This document shows, piece by piece, positions 10,377 to 20,640 of a stretch of 64,000 nt of DNA. This DNA is from Candidatus Wolfebacteria bacterium GW2011_GWB1_47_1 (lineage in GTDB: Bacteria; Patescibacteriota; Minisyncoccia; UBA6257; UBA9933). Where the stretch lies: assembly GCA_001029635.1 (NCBI GenBank), contig CP011209.1, forward strand, positions 551,774 to 615,773, written 5' to 3'. The translations under genes and the position numbers were made by a program. The stretch's first letter is position 1. Every line of letters begins with the position of its first letter. The notes under the pieces are model-generated. The model searched no databases. It was not told the DNA's origin and saw only the letters and a program-made list of their open reading frames with translations.

Positions 10377-10937
10377 ATGAACCAAGTACGGCGAACAATC
10401 ATATTATGCGATCGGCCAATAGACTATGATCTGAAAAAAAACAAGCGCGTAAAGCGCATGCGTTTTTCGGTTGGACCTGGGGGTTCGCTTGTCGTCACAA
10501 TCCCATATCGATTTCCTGAGCAACTAGTTGAACGATTTATGCATGAACATGCGCAGTGGATCATCACTCAAATCGAGCGGTTCCGACAACAAGGCGGGCG
10601 ATTAAGTCGATATGGGCGTGATCACTATCTCGAACATAAGGAAGCGGCTCGGCAATTGGCGCATGAACGACTTGCACATTTTAACCAGTTTTATGACTTT
10701 GATTATGGAGATATCAGTATTCGCGATCAAAAGACGCGTTGGGGGAGTTGTTCGCGTGCGGGCAATCTCAACTTCAATTATAAATTAGCGGTCGTGCCCG
10801 AACATATTGCTGACTATGTTATTGTACACGAATTATGTCACTGTAAAGAATTCAATCACTCCCCGCGATTTTGGAAATTAGTCGAGCAGACCATCCCTAA
10901 TCATAAAGAAATACGAAAACAGCTCCGATCATTTTGA
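10377..10937 (+). CDS. M48-family/YgjP-like (DUF45) zinc metallopeptidase
   Basis: QKTRWGSCS and YVIVHELCH...NHS.RFW. Confidence 0.9.
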   Translation: MNQVRRTIILCDRPIDYDLKKNKRVKRMRFSVGPGGSLVVTIPYRFPEQLVERFMHEHAQWIITQIERFRQQGGRLSRYGRDHYLEHKEAARQLAHERLAHFNQFYDFDYGDISIRDQKTRWGSCSRAGNLNFNYKLAVVPEHIADYVIVHELCHCKEFNHSPRFWKLVEQTIPNHKEIRKQLRSF

Positions 10938-12011
10938 CCGGGGTTGTTTTTTGTCACGCATGACGTTCTTCGTGTGCTGTGCAAGTAGACTAAGCGCACC
11001 CTTGATCATTGCCGTGATAAACTCGATATTCGAATAGCGTGACCGGTAGCCTACCAGCTCCATAAATCCATGACCGGACACTTTTTTCTTCCCAACAGTC
11101 CCGGTTATCTGCGTTGGACCCTCCCAATAGTGCATGCCGGCAAAGAGCATTTCTTGGTTCTTTACTTGTGGTGTAATGAGAAGCGATATGTGCTCGTCCG
11201 GCAGTTCAATCTTCCACTCTAAAGGATACCTTGTCTTTGTCGTGCGGCTTGTCCAGTGAGCTATAGGCGTTAGTATTATGCGCTGTGCTTTTGTTTGTAT
11301 CCCGTCTGGACGTGAAATATGTCCATAGTCCGTTTCACCCGCTTCTGACATATGTTTAAAGCAGACGATATCCGTCTTATCGCTGAGCTGGATCGAGAAC
11401 CAGGACCAGCCATCTTTGGAGAAATGGGGATTCATCCATTGGTGGTCCATCCATGCAGTTCCTTTGATGGGAACCCATTTTTTGCCCGATCGGATCGATC
11501 CTTCGAGCGTAAGGCGGGGAATTGAATAATAATAGGTCGTATCATTACGCAGCGTCATGTAGCCGTTTTCTCCTAGCGATATAGGCGGTTTTGTCGCGAC
11601 CATGCGAATATCGAGTTGCTCGGCCTGTATCTCGTATGAGAAGGGTTCCGGTTCTGTGATTGTGGATTCGCGATCGCTTGCCGTCGGGATCGGGTTACTG
11701 TAATGCACATGCAGGAGTTTACGTTCGAAGCTGTCGTGCGTGACCAGTGCGGCGTAGTTGATATGGGGATATGCCTTTTTGCGGCTTACATCGGTGATGA
11801 CCGAATGTGAAAAATAAAATGGCATATGCGGTCCGATACCGCTGAGCGGTAGCTTGAATTTTTTGATGTCGGTGCGAAATAGACAATGCATAAATGCATA
11901 TTCGTTACCTTCCTTGTCTTTGCCGTTGCCATTCCAATACCACCACTCAACGCCGTGGTCGTGCTTCAGCTCATCTTTCGGGAATCGGAGCGGTTTATGC
12001 TTGGTGGTCAT
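10929..12011 (-). CDS. AttH/carotenoid 1,2-hydratase-like lipocalin protein
   Basis: EWWYW, TYYYSIPRL, AWMDHQW, GWSWFSIQL, YWEGP and GFMELVGY. Confidence 0.85.
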   Translation of the reverse strand: MTTKHKPLRFPKDELKHDHGVEWWYWNGNGKDKEGNEYAFMHCLFRTDIKKFKLPLSGIGPHMPFYFSHSVITDVSRKKAYPHINYAALVTHDSFERKLLHVHYSNPIPTASDRESTITEPEPFSYEIQAEQLDIRMVATKPPISLGENGYMTLRNDTTYYYSIPRLTLEGSIRSGKKWVPIKGTAWMDHQWMNPHFSKDGWSWFSIQLSDKTDIVCFKHMSEAGETDYGHISRPDGIQTKAQRIILTPIAHWTSRTTKTRYPLEWKIELPDEHISLLITPQVKNQEMLFAGMHYWEGPTQITGTVGKKKVSGHGFMELVGYRSRYSNIEFITAMIKGALSLLAQHTKNVMRDKKQPRSK

Positions 12012-12134
12012 AATGTCTTTAGTATACCTGATTTGAGAGGAGTTTGGATATCCACTTGAAAGTCCTTTTTTAGAGGTATACAATTTAATTTCCTCGTCCT
12101 TAAAAAAGATGAATTCACTTAATTAACTATTTTT

Positions 12135-13769
12135 ATGAGCAAACCCCTCTTTTTTTCGACACTCAAGCTGAACTGGAAGTCAGGATTGACTGTTGCGTTG
12201 GTCGCATTACCGTTATCGCTTTCGCTCGGCGTTGCCGCCGGTGCAACACCATTGATGGGTGTCATCACCGCCATCTGGGCTGGACTTGTCGCCGCATTAT
12301 TTGGTGGTAGTAATTACAATGTTGTCGGTCCGACAGGAGCCTTGTCAGGTCTGTTAGCCACCTATGCGCTTATTCATGGTGCGGCTAGCCTGCCGTTTTT
12401 GGCAATCCTGAGCGGTTTCATCATTTTGCTTTTTTATGTGTTGCGATGGGAACGCTATATCGTGTTCATTCCTGCGAGCGTTGTGCATGGCTTTACGCTA
12501 GGTGTAGCGTTCATCATCGGATTGAATCAGCTTAATTTTGCGTTGGGATTAAAGGGGCTCCCAACTCACGAACGTTTCTTTGATAATGTACTTGAGTCCT
12601 TTGCGCATATTGGACAGACGAGCGGGGTCGCCGTTGTTTTGTTTGCCATCGCGCTCGCTGTGATTATTGCGTTGCGCATGTACGTACCACGCATTCCTGG
12701 CGCCATCGCCATTGCCCCGTTTGGTATTTTGATCGGATGGCTCGCCGAGCGTGGCATTGTTTCGTGGAATGTTCAGACGATCGCGTCAAAGTTTGGATCG
12801 ATTCCCAACCATATTGCCAGTATGCCGCATTTCTCATTGGATATGATCGGGCGACAGGCCGTTATTGCTGCACTTACGATTGCCGTTGTCGCTATCCTAG
12901 AGACCTTGATCTCCGCCAAGATTGCCGATGGGATGACCAAGACCAAATCAGATCAGCGCAAGGAAATGTTTGGACTTGGATTGGCAAATGTCGCCTCCGG
13001 ATTGTTTGGCGGGATTCCTGCGACCGCCGCACTTGCGCGCACGTCTCTTAATATCAAGAGCGGGGCGACGCATAAGATGTCCGCTGCTATTGCGGCGATT
13101 GGCGTTGTTATTATTGCGCTGGTCTTACTGAGTGGATTCCAATATCTACCACTCGCGTTCGTTGCCGCCATTCTTGTTTCGGTTGCATTGTTTATGGTGG
13201 AACGCGAGCAGTTTGTGCATCTGTATCATTTTGACAAGCGCGTGTTTGGACTTTCGTTCGTTGTGGCTGCCATCACGATCATCGAAGATCCGATCATGGG
13301 AATTCTTTTTGGATCGGTTATTGCATTGCTTATGTTTGTAAATACGCTTTCGTGGGCGCAGGGCGAGATCACCGTCAATAAGGGCGGAAAGATCGTTGGG
13401 CGGTATCGTTCTGACGAGTTGGAAACGCTCGAAGAGCATGGTGATGTTCTGGTCTATCGATTTGCTGGTCAGTTGACCTATATCAATGCGCAGGGACATC
13501 TTGAAGCATTGGCACAGATCAGTGATGAGACAAAGCAGGTGGTCCTTAGCTTCCGTAACCTGTTTTATATTGATATCGATGGTGTCGACGCTGTCGCAGA
13601 GATGATCGAGTTGCTCGAACAAAACGGCAAGACCGTGTATCTTTCCGGGGTGAATCGATTGGTCGGTGCAATGGTGAAGCGATCGGGATGGTATGGACAT
13701 CTCAAGGAGTCTGGGCGGATCTTTGAGTCTGCGTCTCAGGCGCTCAAGCAGCTTTCGGTTGACGCATAA
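12135..13769 (+). CDS. SulP family anion transporter with STAS domain
   Basis: GLTVALVALPLSL, GPTGA, GGIPATAALART and a C-terminal STAS (YIDIDG). Confidence 0.93.
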   Translation: MSKPLFFSTLKLNWKSGLTVALVALPLSLSLGVAAGATPLMGVITAIWAGLVAALFGGSNYNVVGPTGALSGLLATYALIHGAASLPFLAILSGFIILLFYVLRWERYIVFIPASVVHGFTLGVAFIIGLNQLNFALGLKGLPTHERFFDNVLESFAHIGQTSGVAVVLFAIALAVIIALRMYVPRIPGAIAIAPFGILIGWLAERGIVSWNVQTIASKFGSIPNHIASMPHFSLDMIGRQAVIAALTIAVVAILETLISAKIADGMTKTKSDQRKEMFGLGLANVASGLFGGIPATAALARTSLNIKSGATHKMSAAIAAIGVVIIALVLLSGFQYLPLAFVAAILVSVALFMVEREQFVHLYHFDKRVFGLSFVVAAITIIEDPIMGILFGSVIALLMFVNTLSWAQGEITVNKGGKIVGRYRSDELETLEEHGDVLVYRFAGQLTYINAQGHLEALAQISDETKQVVLSFRNLFYIDIDGVDAVAEMIELLEQNGKTVYLSGVNRLVGAMVKRSGWYGHLKESGRIFESASQALKQLSVDA

Positions 13770-13843
13770 TGGAGTGAAAAAGGAGCATTCATGCTCCCTT
13801 TTTCGTTGCGAACCGAGGGGCGAGGTGGTATACTGAATCCACT

Positions 13844-14854
13844 ATGTTGGACAAACTAAAGACCATTAAAACGTCTTTCCAGCAAGATATCGCAGCCGCT
13901 GCAGATCTTGAACAATGGGAAGCCATGCGCGTGAAATACCTCGGCCGCAAGAGTCAGCTGAGCGAGGTCATGAGCATGATGAAGACCTTGTCTGCGGAAC
14001 AAAAGCGTGATATCGGAAAGCAGGCAAACGAAGTTCGCCTCTATTTGGAGGCAGTGTTAGAGGATATGCGCAATGCACTTGAAGCAAAGGGCGCGCATGC
14101 GAATCAGATCGATGTAACTCGACCAGGCGTTAAGACCACGGCGGGGCATTTGCATCCGTTGACTCGTGTCGAAGACGAGATCAAGCGGATCTTTTTGTCC
14201 ATGAATTTCTCCGTCGTCGAGGGTCCCGAGGTGGAGACCGAGCACTATAACTTTGACGCACTGAACATTCCTGCGAATCATCCGGCGCGCGAAATGTGGG
14301 ATACGTTTTGGGTAAAGCCTGGAAGCAAGACTGCCGGTGCGCCGCGTAATCTTTTGCGCACCCACACGAGCCCGATGCAGATCCGCTATATGGAAAAGCA
14401 CACTCCGCCGTTCCAGATCATTGTGCCGGGGCGTGTGTTTCGCTATGAAGCTACCGATGCTTCGCATGAGATAAACTTTTATCAGATGGAAGGTCTTATG
14501 GTCGGCCCCGATGTTTCGTTGGCAAATTTTAAATATATTATCGAGGAGTTCTTTAAGGAATTCTTTAATGATCCCGATATGCAGTTTCGATTTCGGCCGA
14601 GTTATTTCCCCTTCGTTGAGCCGGGGGTCGAGGTTGATATCAAGCGCAAAGGTGATTCAAAGTGGCTCGAGGTTATGGGGGCTGGTATGGTGCATCGCAA
14701 CGTGCTCAAGGCTGTAGGGTATGATCCAAACATTGTACAAGGATTTGCCTTTGGTATGGGTACGGATCGGCTTGCAATGCTTAAATATAAAATACCGGAT
14801 ATTAGATTCTTCTATAATGGGGATTTGCGGTTTATTAAACAATTCAAGAAATGA
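13844..14854 (+). CDS. pheS: Phenylalanine--tRNA ligase alpha subunit
   Basis: HPAR, LLRTHTSP, FRPSYFPFVEP and GFAFGMG. Confidence 0.98.
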   Translation: MLDKLKTIKTSFQQDIAAAADLEQWEAMRVKYLGRKSQLSEVMSMMKTLSAEQKRDIGKQANEVRLYLEAVLEDMRNALEAKGAHANQIDVTRPGVKTTAGHLHPLTRVEDEIKRIFLSMNFSVVEGPEVETEHYNFDALNIPANHPAREMWDTFWVKPGSKTAGAPRNLLRTHTSPMQIRYMEKHTPPFQIIVPGRVFRYEATDASHEINFYQMEGLMVGPDVSLANFKYIIEEFFKEFFNDPDMQFRFRPSYFPFVEPGVEVDIKRKGDSKWLEVMGAGMVHRNVLKAVGYDPNIVQGFAFGMGTDRLAMLKYKIPDIRFFYNGDLRFIKQFKK

Positions 14855-14966
14855 CGATGCATATGCTTGACGGATCGCTAGCAACGACCCTAGTCACAAC
14901 ACCAAGTCTCGCCTTACATTTCATTTAATCGAGCGCGTCGGCATTAAATGTCATTATTTATCTCGT

Positions 14967-17000
14967 ATGAAATTCTCTTATACACTATTAAAACGATTAG
15001 TTCCTGAAATAAAAAATTCCAAGGCGCTTGAGCAGCAGCTTTCGTTGTATGCATTCGAAGTCGACAGTATCGAAGAAAAGACCTTCGACATCAAGCTGCC
15101 GGCGAACCGGTATGGGGATGCCGCATCACATTGGGGTATGGCTCAAGAAATCGCCGCGACTATGGGGGTGAAGTTTAGCGAGCAACGCACCATTGCAACG
15201 CTCCTTGCTAAATCCGTCGCAACGGGTGTTAAGATTCCGCTTTCTGTTTCTGTGCAGGATTCGGATCTTTGTCCGCGCTATGTCAGTGCGTATTGCGAGG
15301 ATGTGCGGATTACCGAATCGCCGAAGTGGATCAAAGACGTGTTGATCGAATGTGGTATGCGACCGATCAATGTCGTCGTCGATATTATGAACTATGTCAT
15401 GCTTGAAACGGGGCAGCCGTTGCACGCATTCGATTACGACAAGCTCGAAGGGCAGAAAATCGTCGTGCGTCGCGCCGAGAAGGGGGAGACCATTACGACA
15501 CTGGATGATCAGCATGTTTCGTTGACCCCCGATATACTGGTGATCGCCGACGCGAAGCGCCCCCTGGCTATCGCTGGTATTAAAGGTGGCAAACTTGCAG
15601 AAGTAGACAAACATACTAAGCGCATTGTAATTGAAGCGGCGAATTTTGACGCGGTCAGTATTTATAAAACTTCTCGCGCCACGGGAATCTTAACCGATGC
15701 ATCGTCGCGTTTTTCGCGCACCTTGAGTCCGGAGCTTGCAACGCTTGGTGTTATCCGTGCAAAAATGTTGTTGCAGGAGATTATGGGTATGACCCAGAAG
15801 GGGGCTATAGATATCTATCCCAAGAAGCAGTCGAAGACTATGCTCAAATTTGATCTTGTTGCCTGTAATCGATTTCTTGGTACGCGATTTGATGCAAAGA
15901 CCGTACGTACTTATTTTGAACTGCTTGGATTTGTTATTTCGACAATTGATAAAAAAACCCCGGTCGCCTCGGGAACTTTCTTTGTTACCGTTCCACCGCT
16001 GCGTACCGATATCGAGCATCCGCATGACCTCTACGAGGAAGTGGTTCGATTGCATGGTCTTGGAAACTTGCAGTCTGCTGCGCCACATATCCGATTGGTT
16101 CCTTCCGGATCTGAAGACGACATCACCCTGAAGGACACCGTTCGAAAGGTTCTTGTGTCTCTCGGTTTGGATGAGGTATATAATCATGCTTTTGTGAGCG
16201 AGCAGTTTGGTGGGCATGATTCGGATATTCGTGCGGAATTAATTGCATTGGAAAATCCGATTAGCAGAGAGTATACCTTTATGCGTCCTACGCTTGCCGC
16301 CGGGTTGTACAGTAATGTGGCTTCCAATAGTCGCTATTTCGACGCAGTGGGTATGTTCGAGATCGGGCGCGTATTTGCCCGGCACAAGAAGAATGTGCAA
16401 GAAAATAACATGCTTGGTATTGTGTTAGCCGCAAAAAATAAGGAGCAGTTCTTTGTGCTGAAGGGGTTGTTGCGCGAGGTGTTTAATCGTATTGGATTGC
16501 CCGATGTTGTCATGCGCGAGGATAGAGAACAGGAGCCTCGTTTTGCCGGCGCTTATAGTAACGATCGTGAAATGTTGTGCATTGAGTCTTCCGGTGAACA
16601 TATCGGGTATATGGCAAAGATGAAAGGACTTCCTGCAAAATGGCAGGGAGCTATCGTTGAACTGGATATGACAATATTGACGAAGCTGGTTGTTGCTGAG
16701 CATGAGTATCTGCCGTTACCCAAATATCCTTCCATTGTTCGTGATATTTCCGTTCTCGTTAGTGTTGATAAGAAAGTGGGGGATATTATGCAGACGATCT
16801 CGCAGGCAGATGTCCATATCATCGAAGATGTTGATCTGATTGATGAGTATGAAAACCCTGCATTGGATCGCAAACGTAGTTTGACGTTCCGCATTGTATT
16901 CCAGGCAGGCGATCGCACATTAACGGACACTGAAGTGAGTAAGGAAATGGAGGCTATAACGGCAATAGTAAAAAAATCATTTAGCGCAGAAATTCGATAA
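14967..17000 (+). CDS. pheT: Phenylalanine--tRNA ligase beta subunit (short form)
   Basis: NYVMLETGQPLHAFD, DLYEEVVRLHG and a C-terminal FDX-ACB domain (RDIS...RTLTD). Confidence 0.96.
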   Translation: MKFSYTLLKRLVPEIKNSKALEQQLSLYAFEVDSIEEKTFDIKLPANRYGDAASHWGMAQEIAATMGVKFSEQRTIATLLAKSVATGVKIPLSVSVQDSDLCPRYVSAYCEDVRITESPKWIKDVLIECGMRPINVVVDIMNYVMLETGQPLHAFDYDKLEGQKIVVRRAEKGETITTLDDQHVSLTPDILVIADAKRPLAIAGIKGGKLAEVDKHTKRIVIEAANFDAVSIYKTSRATGILTDASSRFSRTLSPELATLGVIRAKMLLQEIMGMTQKGAIDIYPKKQSKTMLKFDLVACNRFLGTRFDAKTVRTYFELLGFVISTIDKKTPVASGTFFVTVPPLRTDIEHPHDLYEEVVRLHGLGNLQSAAPHIRLVPSGSEDDITLKDTVRKVLVSLGLDEVYNHAFVSEQFGGHDSDIRAELIALENPISREYTFMRPTLAAGLYSNVASNSRYFDAVGMFEIGRVFARHKKNVQENNMLGIVLAAKNKEQFFVLKGLLREVFNRIGLPDVVMREDREQEPRFAGAYSNDREMLCIESSGEHIGYMAKMKGLPAKWQGAIVELDMTILTKLVVAEHEYLPLPKYPSIVRDISVLVSVDKKVGDIMQTISQADVHIIEDVDLIDEYENPALDRKRSLTFRIVFQAGDRTLTDTEVSKEMEAITAIVKKSFSAEIR

Positions 17001-17006
17001 GCATCT

Positions 17007-17423
17007 ATGGAACACATACCAAGCGGTTATAATTGGGATGCGCGCAGCCCTGAGCAGATAAAAAAGGAATTAGCAACCGAGGAACATATTCTTGTGTTTG
17101 ATCGGGAAGGGGCAACTTTCGAGGATCATTCATACATATTTGAGCCGATCATAGGCTATAAAGAGGATCTTGATCTTATCGAGGCTATGATTATGCGACG
17201 CGCGAGCCGACTTGCTGAGCTGCAACAAAAAGAGGTTTCTCATGATGGATCCTTTGGGGAAGTTATGGCTGGACTTGATCAGCAAATCCTATTCGTACAG
17301 CAGCAACTGGAATTTTGGAAGCATGCAAAGACACAGACGTCCTGGCTCTTTACCGAAGCCGTGCGTCGAAATGCAACGGAAAACGCCATACTTGGAGAAC
17401 TGACCGACGACATTGAACATTAA
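17007..17423 (+). CDS. Hypothetical protein
   Basis: 138-aa ORF tightly packed between pheT and the NUDIX gene. Confidence 0.65.
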   Translation: MEHIPSGYNWDARSPEQIKKELATEEHILVFDREGATFEDHSYIFEPIIGYKEDLDLIEAMIMRRASRLAELQQKEVSHDGSFGEVMAGLDQQILFVQQQLEFWKHAKTQTSWLFTEAVRRNATENAILGELTDDIEH

Positions 17424-17428
17424 TCGCT

Positions 17429-17839
17429 ATGCATTATAGTAAAACCGCCGGAGGGGTTGTCGTTAATCAACGAGATGAGGTGCTCGTGGTCAATCAAGGA
17501 GGTGTGCATTGGTCCCTGCCTAAAGGGCATATCGAGCCCGGCGAGGATGCTATTGTTGCTGCCCGCCGGGAGATCGGCGAGGAGTCGGGGATTGATGACT
17601 TGATTTTTATTAAAGAACTTGGCGCCTATGCGCGTTTTCGGATGAATTGGGACGGTAGTGACAATCTTGCGGAGCATAAGGAGATCGTAGTATTTTTGTT
17701 TCGTACGACACAAGTCGATCTTAATCCGCGAGACCCGGACAATCCGTCTGCAAAGTGGGTTGCCGTGCAGGAAGTTGCGAATATTTTGACACACCCTAGC
17801 GATAAAGAATTTTTTCTATCCATTATTGATCAACTATAA
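17429..17839 (+). CDS. NUDIX hydrolase
   Basis: Nudix box PKGHIEPGEDAIVAARREIGEESG. Confidence 0.93.
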   Translation: MHYSKTAGGVVVNQRDEVLVVNQGGVHWSLPKGHIEPGEDAIVAARREIGEESGIDDLIFIKELGAYARFRMNWDGSDNLAEHKEIVVFLFRTTQVDLNPRDPDNPSAKWVAVQEVANILTHPSDKEFFLSIIDQL

Positions 17840-17884
17840 AAAAGAAGCCCCCGGGAGGGGGCTTTTGCCGTGATGAAGCGGCAT

Positions 17885-18238
17885 CTAGTTGTTCCAGATG
17901 GTGTTGGCTATCTGTTGTACGATGAAGGGGTGTTCCTCGAGAAGAAATTGGTTTTCCAGGGGCTGATAGCCATCCCGAAAGAAACGCATCCTGCCGGTCT
18001 CCTTGTCGATCTCCAGGCGGGCGAGATACACGTCCTTTGCGCTGCTATGCGGGGGCGCCGGGGCATCCACGTCGATCCTCAGGATGGCGGGGTTTTTGGG
18101 GTCGTTAACCTGGTAAGAGACCCCGATCTTTCCGCACACATCGTGCGCGCGGGTGATCAAATCGTGACGGGCTGCTATGACCCGCTGCAATGTTGCCACT
18201 ATTCCTTCCGCTACATCTTCAGGAAACAGCTTCATCAT
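17885..18238 (-). CDS. Hypothetical protein (orphan cassette)
   Basis: GGAGGTG SD, TTGACA-17-TATAAA promoter at about 18280-18308, and a bidirectional terminator AAGCCCCC-GGGA-GGGGGCTT at about 17845. Confidence 0.7.
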   Translation of the reverse strand: MMKLFPEDVAEGIVATLQRVIAARHDLITRAHDVCGKIGVSYQVNDPKNPAILRIDVDAPAPPHSSAKDVYLARLEIDKETGRMRFFRDGYQPLENQFLLEEHPFIVQQIANTIWNN

Positions 18239-18389
18239 GATGCACCTCCAGAGCGTGAGAGTGGGTTGTGTTCTATTTCTTTTATACTATGAATTATATC
18301 GGTTGTCAAAAAAACGGGACTTGCAGCCTTTTTGATTGTTGAGGGTATTATAAAGACCATACGCATCATGCGTATGGTCTTTATGTTTG

Positions 18390-18473
18390 TGCCCAGAGCC
18401 GGACTCGAACCGGCACGACTGTTGAGGTCAGGGGATTTTAAGTCCCCCGTGTCTACCATTCCACCATCCGGGC
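18390..18473 (-). tRNA. tRNA-Leu(TAA)
   Basis: GCCCGGATGGTGGAATGGTAGACACGGGGGACTTAAAATCCCC...GGTTCGAGTCCGGCTCTGGGCA with a long variable arm. Confidence 0.95.
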
Positions 18474-18496
18474 AGGATGAATCGGATATTTATTTG

Positions 18497-18568
18497 AGGC
18501 TCGGGCGGGAATCGAACCCGCGTATAAGAGTTTTGCAGACTCATGCCTTACCACTTGGCCACCGAGCC
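18497..18568 (-). tRNA. tRNA-Cys(GCA)
   Basis: GGCTCGGTGGCCAAGTGGTAAGGCATGAGTCTGCAAAACTC...GGTTCGATTCCCGCCCGAGCCT. Confidence 0.95.
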
Positions 18569-18613
18569 GTGACGCTCACTAGTATATCGCATAATGAGCG
18601 TTTACAGAAGGGA

Positions 18614-18970
18614 TCACTCGTCATCCGGTAAGCCTCCTTTTTCGATTTCCTCCATGAGGATCTTTTCTACCTTTTGTGCCTTATCCAATCCTGGATCATA
18701 TTCGAACCGGATGTAAGGAATGCTGCGCATGGAAAGCTTTCTGATCAAGATGTGTTGCAAGTGCCCCGCGTTCTTCTTGAATATATCCGAGACTTCCTTT
18801 GCCTTGGTCGACGGAAGCACACTGAACTTAACGTCTGCGAAATCGGAATCTTCGGATAGCTCAACGCCGGTGATGGTTACCAATGCCCCGTCGAATTCCA
18901 GTTCGCGCACAATAATATTGGACAGTTCTTCCTCTATTAAATTACTGAGCCGTTCTTTTCTGTACTTCAT
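18614..18970 (-). CDS. rbfA: Ribosome-binding factor A
   Basis: RKERL..LI.EELS.II, VTITGVELSED, R.IP.IRFEYD; lies downstream of infB. Confidence 0.92.
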   Translation of the reverse strand: MKYRKERLSNLIEEELSNIIVRELEFDGALVTITGVELSEDSDFADVKFSVLPSTKAKEVSDIFKKNAGHLQHILIRKLSMRSIPYIRFEYDPGLDKAQKVEKILMEEIEKGGLPDDE

Positions 18971-20420
18971 GTGATAATAGATCGCCAATCTGAATGTCGA
19001 CCGTTGATTCGAATACCATACCGAATTCCATCGGGAATTCAACCTGGGTTACATCGCGCTTGGATGTTTGGAGATTTGTCAGCTTGCCTGTTCCTAGGAC
19101 TTCACCTGCTCGCGTTACCGTTAACAGCGTATTGTTTTTTATGACACCATTGGCTATCTTTCCGCCGATGACCTGTTTCTTACCCTTCTGACTGTAGGTT
19201 GCCATGATCTCGGCGATACCGAGCGGCGCCGGTTCTTCAATCGCTTTGATCTCTTCTTCTATCGATTCCACGAGTTTATAGATAATGTTTCCCGTAATAA
19301 TGCGCACTTTTTTGATCTGTGCCATTTGTTCCGCTGATTTGGAAACCTTTGCGTTGAACCCGACGATAATCGCAGCTCCTGATTCGGCCGCTTTAATATC
19401 GGTGTCTGATATTTCTCCAACCGATTCTCCCATGACGCGGATATTCACCGTCGTTTGATTGAGACTCTTTACGATCGCGGCAAATGCTTCGAGTGATCCG
19501 CTTACGTCTGCCTTTAGAATGAGACGCAATTCAGGGTTACCTGTCTCCTTGATGAGCGACTTCTGCATCGTTGAAGGAATGATGAGCGCTCCCGCATTCT
19601 TGTCGCGCTGGACCAGTTCTATATCGCCGCTGACGAATTTTTCACCCACCTTCGGTAATGCTTCAAATCCCATGATGACGACCGGTGCCGATGGTTCCAG
19701 TTTATCCGCACGCTTGCCAAGGAAATCCTCAAGCATCTTTATCTTTCCGCATGCACTGTCGGTTTCAATGTTCTTGCCGAGTTTGAGCGTACCATTTTTC
19801 ACAATACCGGTCGCCATGATACCGCGTTGCTTATCGAGCTTCGCTTCCAGGATAATTCCTTCTGCGTTTGCATTTGGGTCATAGGTAAAGTTTTCAAGTT
19901 CTGCAGCAAGGAGCAATAGGTCAAGAAGCTCATCTACCCCCATGCCTTGCTTCGCAGAGATTTTCTGCCAGCTGATGTTCCCACCTGCCCCTTCCAAATA
20001 TACGCCATGCTGCATGAGACTTGCTTTGGTTTTTTCAATATCTGCGTTTGCCTTGTCGATCTTGTTGATTGCCACGACAAACGGGGTATTGCTGCTCATA
20101 AGCGTTTCAATTGATTCCTTCGTCTGTGGCTGTACACCATCGTCGGCGGCAACAATAAGAATCGCAAGATCTGCGACGTTTGCACCGCGAGTACGCATAT
20201 GGGAGAACGCTTCGTGCCCCGGCGTATCGATGAAGGTCATTTTTTTGCCGGCATGAACAATCTCGTATGCGCCAATGGCTTGGGTGATGCCCCCGGCCTC
20301 ACGGGCGGCAATCTGTGTTTTTTTGATGGTGTCGAGTAGGGTTGTTTTGCCGTGGTCTACGTGACCCATAACGACGACGATCGGAGGACGGGGAAGAACT
20401 TTGTTTTTGGAATTTGGCAT
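18942..20420 (-). CDS. infB: Translation initiation factor IF-2 (lacks the N-terminal extension)
   Basis: RPPIVVVMGHVDHGKTTLLD, EAGGITQ, DTPGHEAF and LKADVSGSLEA. Confidence 0.97.
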   Translation of the reverse strand: MPNSKNKVLPRPPIVVVMGHVDHGKTTLLDTIKKTQIAAREAGGITQAIGAYEIVHAGKKMTFIDTPGHEAFSHMRTRGANVADLAILIVAADDGVQPQTKESIETLMSSNTPFVVAINKIDKANADIEKTKASLMQHGVYLEGAGGNISWQKISAKQGMGVDELLDLLLLAAELENFTYDPNANAEGIILEAKLDKQRGIMATGIVKNGTLKLGKNIETDSACGKIKMLEDFLGKRADKLEPSAPVVIMGFEALPKVGEKFVSGDIELVQRDKNAGALIIPSTMQKSLIKETGNPELRLILKADVSGSLEAFAAIVKSLNQTTVNIRVMGESVGEISDTDIKAAESGAAIIVGFNAKVSKSAEQMAQIKKVRIITGNIIYKLVESIEEEIKAIEEPAPLGIAEIMATYSQKGKKQVIGGKIANGVIKNNTLLTVTRAGEVLGTGKLTNLQTSKRDVTQVEFPMEFGMVFESTVDIQIGDLLSHEVQKRTAQ

Positions 20421-20640
20421 AGGGATGAAATATTTAACGATAGGGAAATATGTGGGCGACTACTCCAGATGGACTAAAAGAGAGTAAAGGAGGTGTAAAT
20501 GCACTGTATTTTTACACCCAGTTTTCATACCATACCAAAAAAAGCCTTATAACGCAAGGGGAATTGCGATTGACTATTTTATCGAGATGGGGTATTGTAT
20601 TGCCAGTATCATTTCAACGTATGTATACAAGGAGGCGTTT

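Noticed and set aside
18350-18384. Near-perfect palindrome ATAAAGACCATACGCAT-C-ATGCGTATGGTCTTTAT as a mobile-element end or att site
   Set aside because: It lies directly downstream of tRNA-Leu and is most simply its terminator; no duplicate tRNA 3' end or integrase was seen.
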